DNA from: Chloroflexota bacterium
GTDB taxonomy: Bacteria > Chloroflexota > UBA11872 > VXOZ01
Assembly: GCA_963662335.2 (NCBI GenBank)
Contig: CAXXVD010000002.1
Location: forward strand, 160,001 to 224,000
Direction of reading: 5' to 3'
Length of the DNA: 64,000 bases
Every line of letters starts with the position of its first letter. The first letter of the stretch is position 1. Shown here one piece after another: positions 19,512-29,630 of the stretch. The notes under the pieces are model-generated. The model saw only the letters and a list, made by a program, of their open reading frames with translations. It was not told the origin of the DNA and made no database searches. Position numbers and translations under genes: made by a program.

Positions 19512-19953
19512 CGCAGGTTTGCAACCCGCGGTCGGCGGCGGCCCCAATTCAGGGTAGCGCAGGTTTGTAACCTGCGGGGGTTGGCAGTTCAAGCCTCGTT
19601 GCGTCCCGCCGTTGTGGCAATTTGCAGTCTGCGCTTTGTGCCGCGGGCGGGGACGCAGGTTACAAACCTGCGCTACCGGAAAGATGGCGGGCCGCGTAGG
19701 GTGTTTGGGGTAGGGGCACGACATGTCGTGCCCCTACCCCTTGTCGACAGATTGGGTAGAGGCGTCCTATTAACGCTTTGCCGCCTGACGCGCGAGGAGG
19801 CGGGGGACGAGCCCCCGCGCTACGGTAGGCGGAGACCGAAACTACAATTGTGGCGAGCAGGTAGGTTAGAATAGGTGAAGAGGAACGGGCCGGCGCAGGG
19901 CGCGGCTCCGCAACGACAGTAGACAACTTTTCGCCGCAAAGTGAGAGACAGGC

Positions 19954-21354
19954 ATGGCAGGCAAGACGCTGTTCGAGAAAGTTTGGGATAGTCACGTGGT
20001 GCACGAGGAGCCGGGCGGGCCGGCGCTGCTCTACGTCGACCTGCATCTGGTGCACGAAGTTACGTCGGCGCAGGCGTTCGAGGGGCTGCGGCTGAGCGGC
20101 CGCGGCGTGCGGCGGCCCGAGTTGACCGTGGCGACGGTGGACCACAACGTGCCCACCACGGAGCGTGGCGCGCCGATCGACGACGACATTTCGCGCCGCC
20201 AGATTGAGACGATGGAGCAAAACGCCGCGGAGTTCGGCCTGACGTTCTACGGCTACCGCAGTCCCAACCAGGGCATCGTGCACGTGATTGGGCCGGAACT
20301 GGGCTACACGCAACCCGGCAAGGTGATCGTCTGCGGCGATAGCCACACCTCGACTCACGGGGCGTTTGGGGCGTTCGCCCTGGGCATCGGCACCTCGGAA
20401 GTCGAGCACGTGCTGGCGACCCAGTGCCTGATACAGAAGCGGCCCAAGACCATGGAAGTGCGCGTGGACGGCGCGCTGCCTCAGGGCGTGACGGCGAAAG
20501 ACGTCATTCTTGGCATCATCGGGCGCATCGGCGTGGAAGGCGGCGTGGGCCACGTGATCGAGTACACCGGTGAGGCCATTCGCGCGCTCTCCATGGAAGG
20601 GCGCATGACGGTGTGCAACATGTCGATCGAGGGCGGCGCGCGGGCCGGCATGATCGCGCCCGACGAAAAGACCTTTGAGTACCTAAAAGGGCGCAAGTAC
20701 GCGCCGCAAGGGGAGAACTGGGATGCGGCGCTGGCCCACTGGCGCACGCTGGCGACCGACGCCGACGCCACGTATGACAGCGTGGTGCGGATCGACGCCG
20801 CGTCGCTCGCGCCGCACGTGACCTGGGGCACGAATCCCGGCCAGGTGGCGCCGGTCACCGGCGCGGTGCCCAATCCGGGCGATTTGGCCACGCCGGAAGA
20901 GCAGGCTACCGCGGAGCGCGCCCTGGCCTACATGGGACTGGAAGGCGGCACGCCCATCCAGGATATTGCCGTAGACCGGGTCTTTCTGGGCTCGTGCACC
21001 AACGCGCGGCTGGAAGACTTGCGCGCGGCGGCCGGCATCGTGCGCGGCAAGCGTGTGCATCCCGACGTGCGGGCGCTGGTGGTGCCCGGCTCCACGCTGC
21101 TCAAGCAGCAGGCGGAAACCGAGGGCCTCAACGAGGTCTTCCAGGCGGCGGGATTCGAGTGGCGCGAGGCCGGCTGCTCCATGTGCCTGGGCATGAACCC
21201 GGACATCCTGGCTCCCGGCGAGCGCTGCGCTTCCACCTCCAATCGCAACTTCGAGGGCCGCCAGGGCAAGGGCGGCCGCACGCATTTGGTTAGTCCGCAA
21301 ATGGCCGCCGCGGCGGCGATTGCGGGGCGGTTCGTGGACGTGCGGGAGTGGTGA
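19954..21354 (+). CDS. leuC: 3-isopropylmalate dehydratase large subunit
   Basis: [44 protein letters not shown]. Confidence 0.98.
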   Translation: MAGKTLFEKVWDSHVVHEEPGGPALLYVDLHLVHEVTSAQAFEGLRLSGRGVRRPELTVATVDHNVPTTERGAPIDDDISRRQIETMEQNAAEFGLTFYGYRSPNQGIVHVIGPELGYTQPGKVIVCGDSHTSTHGAFGAFALGIGTSEVEHVLATQCLIQKRPKTMEVRVDGALPQGVTAKDVILGIIGRIGVEGGVGHVIEYTGEAIRALSMEGRMTVCNMSIEGGARAGMIAPDEKTFEYLKGRKYAPQGENWDAALAHWRTLATDADATYDSVVRIDAASLAPHVTWGTNPGQVAPVTGAVPNPGDLATPEEQATAERALAYMGLEGGTPIQDIAVDRVFLGSCTNARLEDLRAAAGIVRGKRVHPDVRALVVPGSTLLKQQAETEGLNEVFQAAGFEWREAGCSMCLGMNPDILAPGERCASTSNRNFEGRQGKGGRTHLVSPQMAAAAAIAGRFVDVREW

Positions 21355-21412
21355 AGAACGAGGATGGCGGCATAGCAACACACCCCCAGCGGAGTGAAGG
21401 GAGGGCGAGACG

Positions 21413-21781
21413 GTGACAGTATTCGACACGCACAAGGCATTTGTAACGTTCACGGGCGCGGGATTTTCCGCTGAGCAGGCCCAGGCGTTGCTCGATGCGG
21501 GGCAAGAGGGTAGCGAAGCGCTGGCAACCAAGGCCGACCTGAAAGCGCAGGAGACGGCACTGCGCAGTGAAATGCAAGCGATGGAAAGGGCACTGCGGAA
21601 CGACTTGCAGGCAGTCGAGACCTCATTGAATAGTGAGATTCAAACTCTTAGGGCGGAGAGTAAGACCGACCTGCGTGACTTGGAGCAACGCATGACGATT
21701 CGGTTAGGCGCAATGCTCTTTACCGCGATAGGCTTGCAGGTTGCAGTTCTCGGACTTCTGCTCGTGTTGATTGCGCGCTAG
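21413..21781 (+). CDS. DUF1640/CCDC90-like coiled-coil protein with C-terminal membrane anchor
   Basis: FDTH head, GF..EQA, ATKADL, coiled coil, MTIRLGAML + TM helix; GGAGG RBS. Confidence 0.8.
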   Translation: MTVFDTHKAFVTFTGAGFSAEQAQALLDAGQEGSEALATKADLKAQETALRSEMQAMERALRNDLQAVETSLNSEIQTLRAESKTDLRDLEQRMTIRLGAMLFTAIGLQVAVLGLLLVLIAR

Positions 21782-21834
21782 ATATAATTGTGCTGAACCG
21801 TTCGCAGCGTTGTGAAAGGGGGAAAGAATCAGCC

Positions 21835-22443
21835 GTGGTACCATTTGTAACCCACACCGGCACGGTAGCGGCGCTTGACCGCGCCAACGTCGATACCGAC
21901 CAGATCATTCCCAAGCAGTTCCTCAAGCGCATCGAGCGCACGGGCTACGGGCCGTTCGCGTTCTTCGACTGGCGCTACTTCGAAGACGGCGCGACGCCCA
22001 ACCCGGACTTCGAGCTGAACGACGCGCGCTACGACGGCGCGACGGTTCTTGTCACGGGCCGGAATTTCGGCTGCGGCTCGTCGCGGGAACACGCGGCGTG
22101 GGCGCTGAAGGAGTACGGCTTCCTAGCCATCATCGCGCCCAGCTTTGCCGACATCTTCGCCAACAACGCCGTGGAAAACGGCATGTTGACCGTGGTCTTG
22201 CCGCCTGAGGACGTGGCGGAATTGACGCGGCGGGCGCAGACTATGGACGACTACCGGCTAACGGTGGACTTGGCAAACACGACCGTGCGGGACGACCACG
22301 GGTTTGCGGCCTCGTTCGCGGTTGATCCGACCGTCCAACACCGCCTGCTCAACGGCCTGGACGCGGTGGGTCTGACGTTGCAGCGCGAGGACGCCATCAC
22401 CGCGTTTGAAGGACAGCGCCCGGCCTGGCTCGCCGCTTCCTGA
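21835..22443 (+). CDS. leuD: 3-isopropylmalate dehydratase small subunit
   Basis: NVDTDQIIPKQFL, NFGCGSSREHA, SFADIF motifs. Confidence 0.97.
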   Translation: MVPFVTHTGTVAALDRANVDTDQIIPKQFLKRIERTGYGPFAFFDWRYFEDGATPNPDFELNDARYDGATVLVTGRNFGCGSSREHAAWALKEYGFLAIIAPSFADIFANNAVENGMLTVVLPPEDVAELTRRAQTMDDYRLTVDLANTTVRDDHGFAASFAVDPTVQHRLLNGLDAVGLTLQREDAITAFEGQRPAWLAAS

Positions 22444-22669
22444 GCGTGGATTGCGGCGTGTTGGCGCCAGTGCCGGTCATTTCCGGTCTGTGCCGGTTGG
22501 CTTTTCCCAATCGTTAACGAAACGGGACGAGGCCTCGCGCATGGTCCAAGCAGGAGACGAAGAAGCGGGGGACAAGCCCCCGCTACGGCTCTTCCGGCCA
22601 AGAGGTGCGGGAGGACACCCCCTGCGGCGGTTGGCGACGCAAGCGTATCGCTTGGTTGGCCTCTAGCTT

Positions 22670-23137
22670 CTACTCGGCAAAGTCGCCGAGTGTAGGCTGC
22701 TCCACGGCGATGTAGTCCCGGCAGGCCATGATGATCGAGGCCGAGCGGCTGCCGGCGTTGAATGAGATGCGTTCGTTCTCCAGCAGGGAGCGGTCGACGT
22801 AGGTGGGCAGCTCGAGGACGCTGCCAAAGGGCGGCACCGCGCCAACCGCCAGGCCGGTGCGCTCGCGGAGTTCGTCAGGCGCGATCATGCGCAGGTCTTT
22901 GACGCCAAAGGCGCGCTTGAACGCCCGCGTGCCCACGCGCTTGTGGGCGGGCACCACCGCCAACAGCAGCGCGCCGTCCGCCGCGAAGACCAGCGCCTTG
23001 GCCCCTTCTCGCAAGGGCGTGCCGCGCACGTCCGCCGCTTCCTGGCTGGTTGTGACCGGGGCGTGCTCTTTGAAACAGAATGAAACGTCGTGGTCGTGCA
23101 AGAGGCGCCGGATGCGTTCGACTACCGGACTCTGCAT
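22670..23137 (-). CDS. YbaK/ProXp-family aminoacyl-tRNA deacylase
   Basis: AKALV, GAVPPFG, FNAG motifs. Confidence 0.87.
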   Translation of the reverse strand: MQSPVVERIRRLLHDHDVSFCFKEHAPVTTSQEAADVRGTPLREGAKALVFAADGALLLAVVPAHKRVGTRAFKRAFGVKDLRMIAPDELRERTGLAVGAVPPFGSVLELPTYVDRSLLENERISFNAGSRSASIIMACRDYIAVEQPTLGDFAE

Positions 23138-23286
23138 TGCTCTGTGCCTTTACGCCACCGCGAGTGAAGGATTTTTCCTGGCTAAAGCCGGATAAGCGTG
23201 TAATATAGGATACACGGCCCGGCGCGCCGGTGTGAGCAAGAGCGAGCGAAATCGCACGAGCCGGAGCCTACCGGGGAGATGACGGC

Positions 23287-23895
23287 GTGAGACATGCGCG
23301 CATAGCGACGGTTGTTCTGACCATTGCCGTTGGGCTGCTGCTGGCGAGTTGCGCCGCGCAGAGTGCACTCCCGGACGCGGATACGCCTGTGCCCGCGCCT
23401 ACCGCTACCGTCCCAGCAGAAGTAACGCCCGTGCCCGCGCCTACTGCTACCGTCCCAGCAGAAGTAACGCCCGCGCCCGCGCCTACCGCTACCGTCCCAG
23501 CAGAAGTAACGCCCGTGCCCGCGCCTACCGCCACCGTCCCAGCAGAAGTAACGCCCGTGCCCGCGCCTACTGCTACCGATCCCGCCGAAGAAGTGCAATA
23601 CCCGCACGCCGACTGGCTGCGCGCGTGGGATGCGGCGCCGCCTCTTTCCCAAAGCGTGAGAGACAAGGCGGCGGGGCTGCTCGCCGAGCGTCTCGGCGTG
23701 GACGTCAAGGCGATCGCCTTTGTTGAATACAAAGCCTTGGAGTGGAATGACGCCAGTATCGGCTGCCCCCGGCCCGGCTACGCCTACGCGCAGGTCATAA
23801 CTCCCGGTTACGCGATCGCGTTTCGGGATCAAGCCCGGGCGCTACACTTCGTCAATACCAACCACGACGGCTCCCGCCTGGCCTACTGTCCGTGA
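23287..23895 (+). CDS. Lipoprotein with Pro/Thr-rich tandem repeats
   Basis: Lipobox LASC; (VPAPTATVPAEVTP) repeats; C-terminal W.DASIGCP.PG..YAQVITPGY domain. Confidence 0.8.
   Translation: MRHARIATVVLTIAVGLLLASCAAQSALPDADTPVPAPTATVPAEVTPVPAPTATVPAEVTPAPAPTATVPAEVTPVPAPTATVPAEVTPVPAPTATDPAEEVQYPHADWLRAWDAAPPLSQSVRDKAAGLLAERLGVDVKAIAFVEYKALEWNDASIGCPRPGYAYAQVITPGYAIAFRDQARALHFVNTNHDGSRLAYCP
23389..23595 (+). repeat. 42-bp coding tandem repeat, about 5 copies
   Basis: Units start at 23389, 23431, 23473, 23515, 23557. Confidence 0.93.
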
Positions 23896-23945
23896 TCGCT
23901 CGCGGGAATGCGGGAATTCACGAGGACATTGGTGTCGATGAACAT
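23883..23945 (-). pseudogene. Truncated PIN/VapC toxin remnant
   Basis: Reads MFIDTNVLVNSRIPASDHGQ*. The xIDTNVL PIN start lies 7 bp after the antitoxin-like gene. Confidence 0.65.
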
Positions 23946-23952
23946 GCGGGGA

Positions 23953-24360
23953 TTAGGGCCTATCGTCGTAGATGTCCTCTCGCCTAAGGCTCAATCCTTG
24001 CGGCCACGCTCCGGCGCGGTGGACGGGCCAGACCGCGTCGAGCGCGCGGGGGCGCATGGTTCCGGGGCGCTGCCGCCGCCTCAGCAGCAGCGTTTCAGAG
24101 TTCATGTCAACCTCAGCCGTCTCCCAGCCGGCGGCGCTCCAGGCAAGAGCCTGGCTGTGGCCGGCGCCAACGCTCCGGTTTGCCCACCACGGCCGGTGCA
24201 GCCGCGCCGACGCGGGCAGCGGAAAGCCCAAGATAGTCTCGATTTCGCCGAACGTTGCCCGCCACTCATCGGCGCGCAATCGGCACAGATGCGTGAATAG
24301 TCGCTGATACTTGCCGCGGATTGCGATTTCCCAATACTGCCGGTCTGCATGAATGTCCAT
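23953..24360 (-). CDS. Antitoxin-like protein (N-terminal 'F.EIE.ILG..LP.SA....WWAN' domain, C-terminal LRREDIY tail)
   Basis: GAGG RBS; tail typical of antitoxins that precede PIN toxins; adjacent PIN remnant. Confidence 0.65.
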   Translation of the reverse strand: MDIHADRQYWEIAIRGKYQRLFTHLCRLRADEWRATFGEIETILGFPLPASARLHRPWWANRSVGAGHSQALAWSAAGWETAEVDMNSETLLLRRRQRPGTMRPRALDAVWPVHRAGAWPQGLSLRREDIYDDRP

Positions 24361-24514
24361 GCTGGCCCCGCCTCTTGAGTCGCGGATTGGAAGGCCGAAC
24401 GCTCAGTTCCTATTTAGGCAGTGCGTGTGCCGCGCGCAATGAAGATGGGTAATGCAAGGGTCTTCTGGACGGGAGCAGGCCGGGGCGCGGCAGGCGGCGG
24501 CGCAGTCCACCGGC

Positions 24515-25273
24515 TTAGAGCAGGCCCGCGGTCAGGCCGCCGTCTATGTGAATCACTTGCCCCGTGATATACGACGCGGCGTCGCCGGTGAGGTACGAGA
24601 CGAGGGCGGCGATTTCTTCCGGCGTGCCGGCGCGTTTGATGGGCAGTTTCTGCATCAGGCGGTCCATCAGGTGCGGCGGAATGTCGTGGGTCAGGTCGGT
24701 GGGAATATAGCCGGGCGCGATGGCGTTCACCGTGATGCCCCGGCTGCCCATCTCCACGGCGGTGGAACGGGTGAGGGCGACCACGCCGGCCTTGGCGGCG
24801 GTGTAGTTCGCTTGGCCGGGATTGCCCACCAGCCAGCCGACCGACGTAATGTTGACAATGCGCCCCCAGCGCTGCGCCAGCATGGGACGCAAGGCGGCGC
24901 GGGTGCAGAGGAACGCGCCCCGCAGGTTGGTGTCGATTACCAGGTCCCAGTCCTCGTCGCGCATCTTGAGGACCAGAGTATCCTGGGTGATGCCGGCGTT
25001 GTTCACCAGCACGTGGAGGCGGCCGAACGTCTCCAGGGTGCGCGCGACAACGTCTTTCACCGCGCCGGCGTCCCGCACGTCGCCGCTGACGGCCAGCGCG
25101 CTGCCGCCCTGGCCTTGAATCTGGGCCACGGCCTCCAGCGCGGCCTCTTCGTTGACCTGGTAGTTGATGGCGACGTTCGCGCCCGCCGCGGCGAGATGCA
25201 GCGCGATGGTGCGCCCAATGCCGCGGGAGGCGCCGGTTACGAGGGCGGTCTTGCCGGCGAGATGTGGTTCCAT
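24515..25273 (-). CDS. fabG: 3-oxoacyl-ACP reductase (SDR)
   Basis: TGASRGIG, NNAGIT.D, GNPGQANYTAAK, APGYI.TD motifs. Confidence 0.88.
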   Translation of the reverse strand: MEPHLAGKTALVTGASRGIGRTIALHLAAAGANVAINYQVNEEAALEAVAQIQGQGGSALAVSGDVRDAGAVKDVVARTLETFGRLHVLVNNAGITQDTLVLKMRDEDWDLVIDTNLRGAFLCTRAALRPMLAQRWGRIVNITSVGWLVGNPGQANYTAAKAGVVALTRSTAVEMGSRGITVNAIAPGYIPTDLTHDIPPHLMDRLMQKLPIKRAGTPEEIAALVSYLTGDAASYITGQVIHIDGGLTAGLL

Positions 25274-25299
25274 GCGTTCTCGTGCCGCGCCGCCGGCTC

Positions 25300-26142
25300 T
25301 CACGTCTTCTCCGCGACCACTTGCAGCCAGTAGCGGGGCACCGTCTTCAGCTTCAACTCGCGTAGCGCTTCCCGGATGCCGTGCTTCAGCACCTCCGCGC
25401 CCACGTCCAGCGGCACGCTGGGCAGGACGCCCTCGATGAAGAGCGAATAGTCGCTGATGTCCTCCAGGCTTTCCTGGGTCATTTCGACCTGGCGGCACTC
25501 CAGGTGCGTCACGGTAAAGCCGTTTTCCCCCAGCAATTCCGCATACTGATCCGGCGAGAGCCAGCGCATGGCGGTGGTCTTGGCGTCCTTGACCACCTTG
25601 ATGGTGGGGTATTCGCGCCGCATCTGCTGCACCGCGCGCACGACCCACAGGCGGTTGGCCTTCTGGGTGATGGGCAAGTACGCGCCGTCGAAGAAGGTGG
25701 TGTTGAAGGCCACCACACCGCCGGGATTGAGCGACGCGCCAATCTCCTTGAAGACGGCGTGTTTATCTTCTATTAAATGGATGGCGTTGCAGAAGAAGAG
25801 CGCGTCGGCGGACGAGACCAACTGGGAGACGTTCTCGGCGCTGCCGTTGAGGAACTTTACCATGGCGTTGGCAACGCCCTGCCGCGCCTTGTCCAGCGCC
25901 AGAGGCGAAGGATCGATGCCGAGAATCTGCGCTTTCAGTCCGAGGCGCTGCACCTTGCCGAGGATGAGGCGGGTGATGGCGCCGGTGCCGCACCCGAGAT
26001 CGACGATGCGCCGCTGTACGTTGGGGTCCAGCCGCTCCAGGAAGCTGAGGGCGGACTCCACGAGGTCCGTGTTGGTTTCGCGGTAGAATTCGTGCCGCGC
26101 AAAGGGCTCGAAAGAGTGATCGGTTCTATCTGTCGTAGCCAT
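25300..26142 (-). CDS. Class I SAM-dependent methyltransferase
   Basis: VDLGCGTG, GIDPS, L.PGG motifs. Confidence 0.85.
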   Translation of the reverse strand: MATTDRTDHSFEPFARHEFYRETNTDLVESALSFLERLDPNVQRRIVDLGCGTGAITRLILGKVQRLGLKAQILGIDPSPLALDKARQGVANAMVKFLNGSAENVSQLVSSADALFFCNAIHLIEDKHAVFKEIGASLNPGGVVAFNTTFFDGAYLPITQKANRLWVVRAVQQMRREYPTIKVVKDAKTTAMRWLSPDQYAELLGENGFTVTHLECRQVEMTQESLEDISDYSLFIEGVLPSVPLDVGAEVLKHGIREALRELKLKTVPRYWLQVVAEKT

Positions 26143-26334
26143 AGCAGACCTTCCTCTTGCCGCTGCGCGCGCCTTTGCGGCGCAACGGCGCTGCCGGCAG
26201 GGTGTAGCGCCGCAGGCCGGCCCAAGGGCCGGGCGGCGTGTTTACATTATACGTGTTTTCTAGCAGGCGCGGCAGCCGCTTGCCTTGCCCTCTCCCCGGC
26301 AGACAGGGGCATTAACACTATAGTCGACTTCATT

Positions 26335-26442
26335 TGTCATTCCGAACGGAGCGCAGCGGAGAGTCGAACCCTGTTCGCGGAATCTAGAGCGCAGTCCTGC
26401 GAAATCAGCATCATTAGATTCCTCGCTGCGCTCGGAATGACA
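26335..26442. repeat. REP family D REPIN (TGTCATTC...GAATCT / AGATTCCTCGCTGCGCTCGGAATGACA)
   Basis: Inverted pair. Related elements at 5997-6023, ~29474-29560, 32018-32094, 33982-34058, 57462-57557. Confidence 0.87.
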
Positions 26443-26607
26443 TTTGCACGCGGCTGTCTGCCTCTCCCCAGGGAGACAGAGTTACTGCGAGCGGCAGACC
26501 GGCTTGGGACGCAATGCTACAATGGGCGGGCGGGCAGTCGCAAGTGCCGGCGAGACGGGCAGCTTGGGCGAGACGGGCGGCCCCGCTGGATCAAGGGGAA
26601 TGAAGCA

Positions 26608-27795
26608 ATGAAGATTCGCGCGGTAGAGGCGGCGCCGCTGGCGTGGCCGACGCCTCACGGTAAGGGAGAGCGTGTTTCCGACTACGGGGCGCACGATGAG
26701 GCCCACGCGGTGATCGTGCGGGTGGAAACCGACGACGGGCTGGCGGGACACGGCGAGGTGCATCCCGGCTACGGCTATACCCGGGGCGCGTGCCACACGC
26801 TCAAGGCGATCGTGGAGCACGAACTCGGCCCGGAGGTCATTGGCGAAGACCCTACGCGGCCGGAGTACGTCTGGGAGAAGATGTACAACGGCCCGCGCCT
26901 GGGCATTGCGCTCAGCTACGGCCAGAGCGCGCCGCGCATGGGACGCCGGGGCGTCACCGTCTGCGCCATGGGCGGCATTGATATGGCGCTCTGGGACATC
27001 TTTGGCCGGTCGCTGGGCGTGCCGATTCATAAACTGCTGGGAGGCGGCTACCGCGCGCGTTTGCCCACCTACGCCAGCGGCGGGCACGCGGCCGCGGACG
27101 GCGCCGGCGAAGAGGCGCTGGGCTACGTGGCCCAGGGTTTTCGCGCGGTCAAGATGCGCGTGGGCGCAATGGACGCGCCCCACGTCGTGCGGGACGGCAT
27201 TGCGCGCATTCGCGCCGTGCGCGAGGCGATTGGGCCTACCCGGCGGCTCATGCTCGACGCCCACGGTTCGCTCAATGAGTCCCAGGCGATTCGCCTGGCG
27301 CAGGCGGCGGAAGAATACGACATCGACTGGTTCGAGGAGCCGGTGAGCAGCGACAACTGGCGCGGCATGGGCCGGGTGCGGCAGGCTACGTCGATACCCA
27401 TTTCCACCGGCGAGAACGACTTCACCCACTTCGACTTCCGCGACATCATCGCGCATGAGGCGGCGGACATCCTGCAACCGGACCTGGCGGTGGTCGGCGG
27501 CTTTACGGCGGCGCGGCGCATCGGCACGCTGGCCCACGCCGCGAACCTGCAAGTCGCGCCCCACATCTGGGGCTCGGCGCTGCTCTTCTACGCCAGCCTG
27601 CAACTGGCGGCGGCGCTGCCCAATTGCCCCATCATCGAGTTTCGCCAGGGCGGCAATCCGCTCTTTACGGAATTGATCGCGCCGCCGCCCGCAATCGATA
27701 GCGAAGGCTGCGTGACAATTCCCAATGGGCCGGGCCTGGGCGTGGACATCGACCTGGAAGCGGCCAAGGGGAAGTTTCCTTTTGAGCGGACGTAG
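26608..27795 (+). CDS. Mandelate racemase/muconate lactonizing enzyme family (enolase superfamily)
   Basis: GIDMALWDI.G, KMR, LDAH, FEEP, TGEN, GPGLG. Start trimmed to ATG 26608. Confidence 0.92.
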   Translation: MKIRAVEAAPLAWPTPHGKGERVSDYGAHDEAHAVIVRVETDDGLAGHGEVHPGYGYTRGACHTLKAIVEHELGPEVIGEDPTRPEYVWEKMYNGPRLGIALSYGQSAPRMGRRGVTVCAMGGIDMALWDIFGRSLGVPIHKLLGGGYRARLPTYASGGHAAADGAGEEALGYVAQGFRAVKMRVGAMDAPHVVRDGIARIRAVREAIGPTRRLMLDAHGSLNESQAIRLAQAAEEYDIDWFEEPVSSDNWRGMGRVRQATSIPISTGENDFTHFDFRDIIAHEAADILQPDLAVVGGFTAARRIGTLAHAANLQVAPHIWGSALLFYASLQLAAALPNCPIIEFRQGGNPLFTELIAPPPAIDSEGCVTIPNGPGLGVDIDLEAAKGKFPFERT

Positions 27796-27854
27796 AGCGG
27801 GATTCGTTCCACTGCCACGGATTGCGCAAGGGTCACATAGAGAGGGAAGAAATC

Positions 27855-29300
27855 TTGGCAACGTTAACGGGCACGATACACGACGCGGCAACGGGCAGCC
27901 GCCTGGCGGCAAAGGTCTCGGTGCAGGCCAGTAGCGGACGCTTCCTGGCGCCGGAGGACAGCCTGGAGACCGTCGGCACCACCAATCCGTTCTTCTACGC
28001 CGACGGTACGTTCTCCCTGGAAGGCCCGTGCGGGCAGGCGGACGTGCGCGTAGAGCGGGGCACGGAGTACGCGCCCTTGGAGATGACGGTTGACCTCCCG
28101 CTGCACGGAACCGTAAACCTTGAATTGCCGCTGCAACGCTGGATCAGCCTGCCGAAGCAGGGGCTCTACCCGGGCAATACGCACATCCACTACCGTGAAT
28201 TTGAATCACGGCCCGAGGAGCGTCTGCGCTTCGACACCTCAGTGGAGGACCTTACGGTTACGATCGTCAGCGTCTTGCAGCGCGGTGAATTGGAATACGC
28301 CACCAACCGCTTTCCCGTGGGGGAAATGGAGCATCCGACCACGCCCGGCCACGTGCTGGACGTGGGTGAAGAGACGCGGCACAATAACTGGTCATACGGT
28401 ACCGGGTACGGCCACGTGATGCTGGTGCGGCTGCAGGAGCAGGTGGAACCGCTGAGCCGGGGCGTGCTGGTGGACGAGTCGGCGCCGGACTACCCCCCGC
28501 TGATTGACGCGTGCGCCGCGGCGCAGGAGCAGGGCGGGGTGACGATCTGGTGCCACAACGGCAAGGGGATGGAAGCGCCGATTGCCGCCGGTCTGGGGCG
28601 CTTGGACGCGGTCAATCTCTTCGATCCCTACTGGATGGACCCGGAGTACGACCTCTGGTACCATTTGCTCAATTGCGGATTTCAGTTGCCGGTGAGCACC
28701 GGTTCGGATTGGTTCGTGTGTTCGGCGAACCGGGTGTACGTGCAACTTGAGGATTCGTTCTCCTACGACACGTGGCTCGACGGCCTGAAGAGCGGGGCGA
28801 CGTTCATCACCAACGGGCCGTCGCTCACGTTGCGTGTGGCCGGCCAGTTGCCGGGGGCCGTGGTGGATCTGCGCGGCAGCCGGCGCAAGCAGGTCAACGC
28901 CTTCGTGCGTTGGCAGGCCCTGCGGCCGGTGCAGCGCATCGAGCTTGTCTGCAACGGCGAGGTGGTGGCGCGCGAGGAATACAGCGAGGGCCTGCGCGAG
29001 GGCGTGTTGCGCGCCCGCTTGGCCGTGCCCAACGATAGCTGGATCGCGGCCCGCTGCTGGGGACGCCAGCGCGATAGCTACGGCCACGCGCAATGGGCGC
29101 ACACCAGTCCGGTCTACGTGCAGTCCGGCGGCGCGAACCCGGCGACGAGGGGCTCGGCGGCCTTCTTCGTGGAAGAGATGGAGCACGCCATTGACTGGGT
29201 TGCAACCAAGGGCCGCTTCGAGCGCGACGAGCACCGGCAACGCATGGTGGAAATCTTCACCGCCGGCCGCGAGCAGTACGCGCGCCTGGCGCGGAGCTAA
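27855..29300 (+). CDS. CehA/McbA-family metallohydrolase
   Basis: GNTHIH, GH, WCH, TGSDW, TFITNGP, AHTSPVY motifs; TTG start inferred. Confidence 0.8.
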   Translation: MATLTGTIHDAATGSRLAAKVSVQASSGRFLAPEDSLETVGTTNPFFYADGTFSLEGPCGQADVRVERGTEYAPLEMTVDLPLHGTVNLELPLQRWISLPKQGLYPGNTHIHYREFESRPEERLRFDTSVEDLTVTIVSVLQRGELEYATNRFPVGEMEHPTTPGHVLDVGEETRHNNWSYGTGYGHVMLVRLQEQVEPLSRGVLVDESAPDYPPLIDACAAAQEQGGVTIWCHNGKGMEAPIAAGLGRLDAVNLFDPYWMDPEYDLWYHLLNCGFQLPVSTGSDWFVCSANRVYVQLEDSFSYDTWLDGLKSGATFITNGPSLTLRVAGQLPGAVVDLRGSRRKQVNAFVRWQALRPVQRIELVCNGEVVAREEYSEGLREGVLRARLAVPNDSWIAARCWGRQRDSYGHAQWAHTSPVYVQSGGANPATRGSAAFFVEEMEHAIDWVATKGRFERDEHRQRMVEIFTAGREQYARLARS

Positions 29301-29630
29301 GCCGCGCGGATATTTCGTCACGATTTCCGCGCAAGCCAAGCTCGACAAAACCTGCGCGGGGACTTTCGTCCCGTCAGCGCGTGCCTCCTCTCACTCTGGA
29401 AACCTCTCCATAACCCGCGCCGGCAGGCAAGCAGACTCCCTCTCCCTGGGAGAGGCTGGCAGGGGTATGTACATGTCATTCCGAGCGCAGCGTCGAACGA
29501 GGTTCGCGGAATCTAAAGACGCTGATTTTGCCGGGCTGTGCTTGAGATTCCTCACTGCGGTTGCGCAGCGGCGCGCTCCCGCGCTACTGTGCTAGTGAAC
29601 GCCTGCTGCAAGCAAAGGAAAGCCGCTGCC

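Noticed and set aside
19824-19953. Leucine attenuator or T-box upstream of leuC
   Set aside because: No Leu-rich leader peptide, T-box motif or terminator seen.
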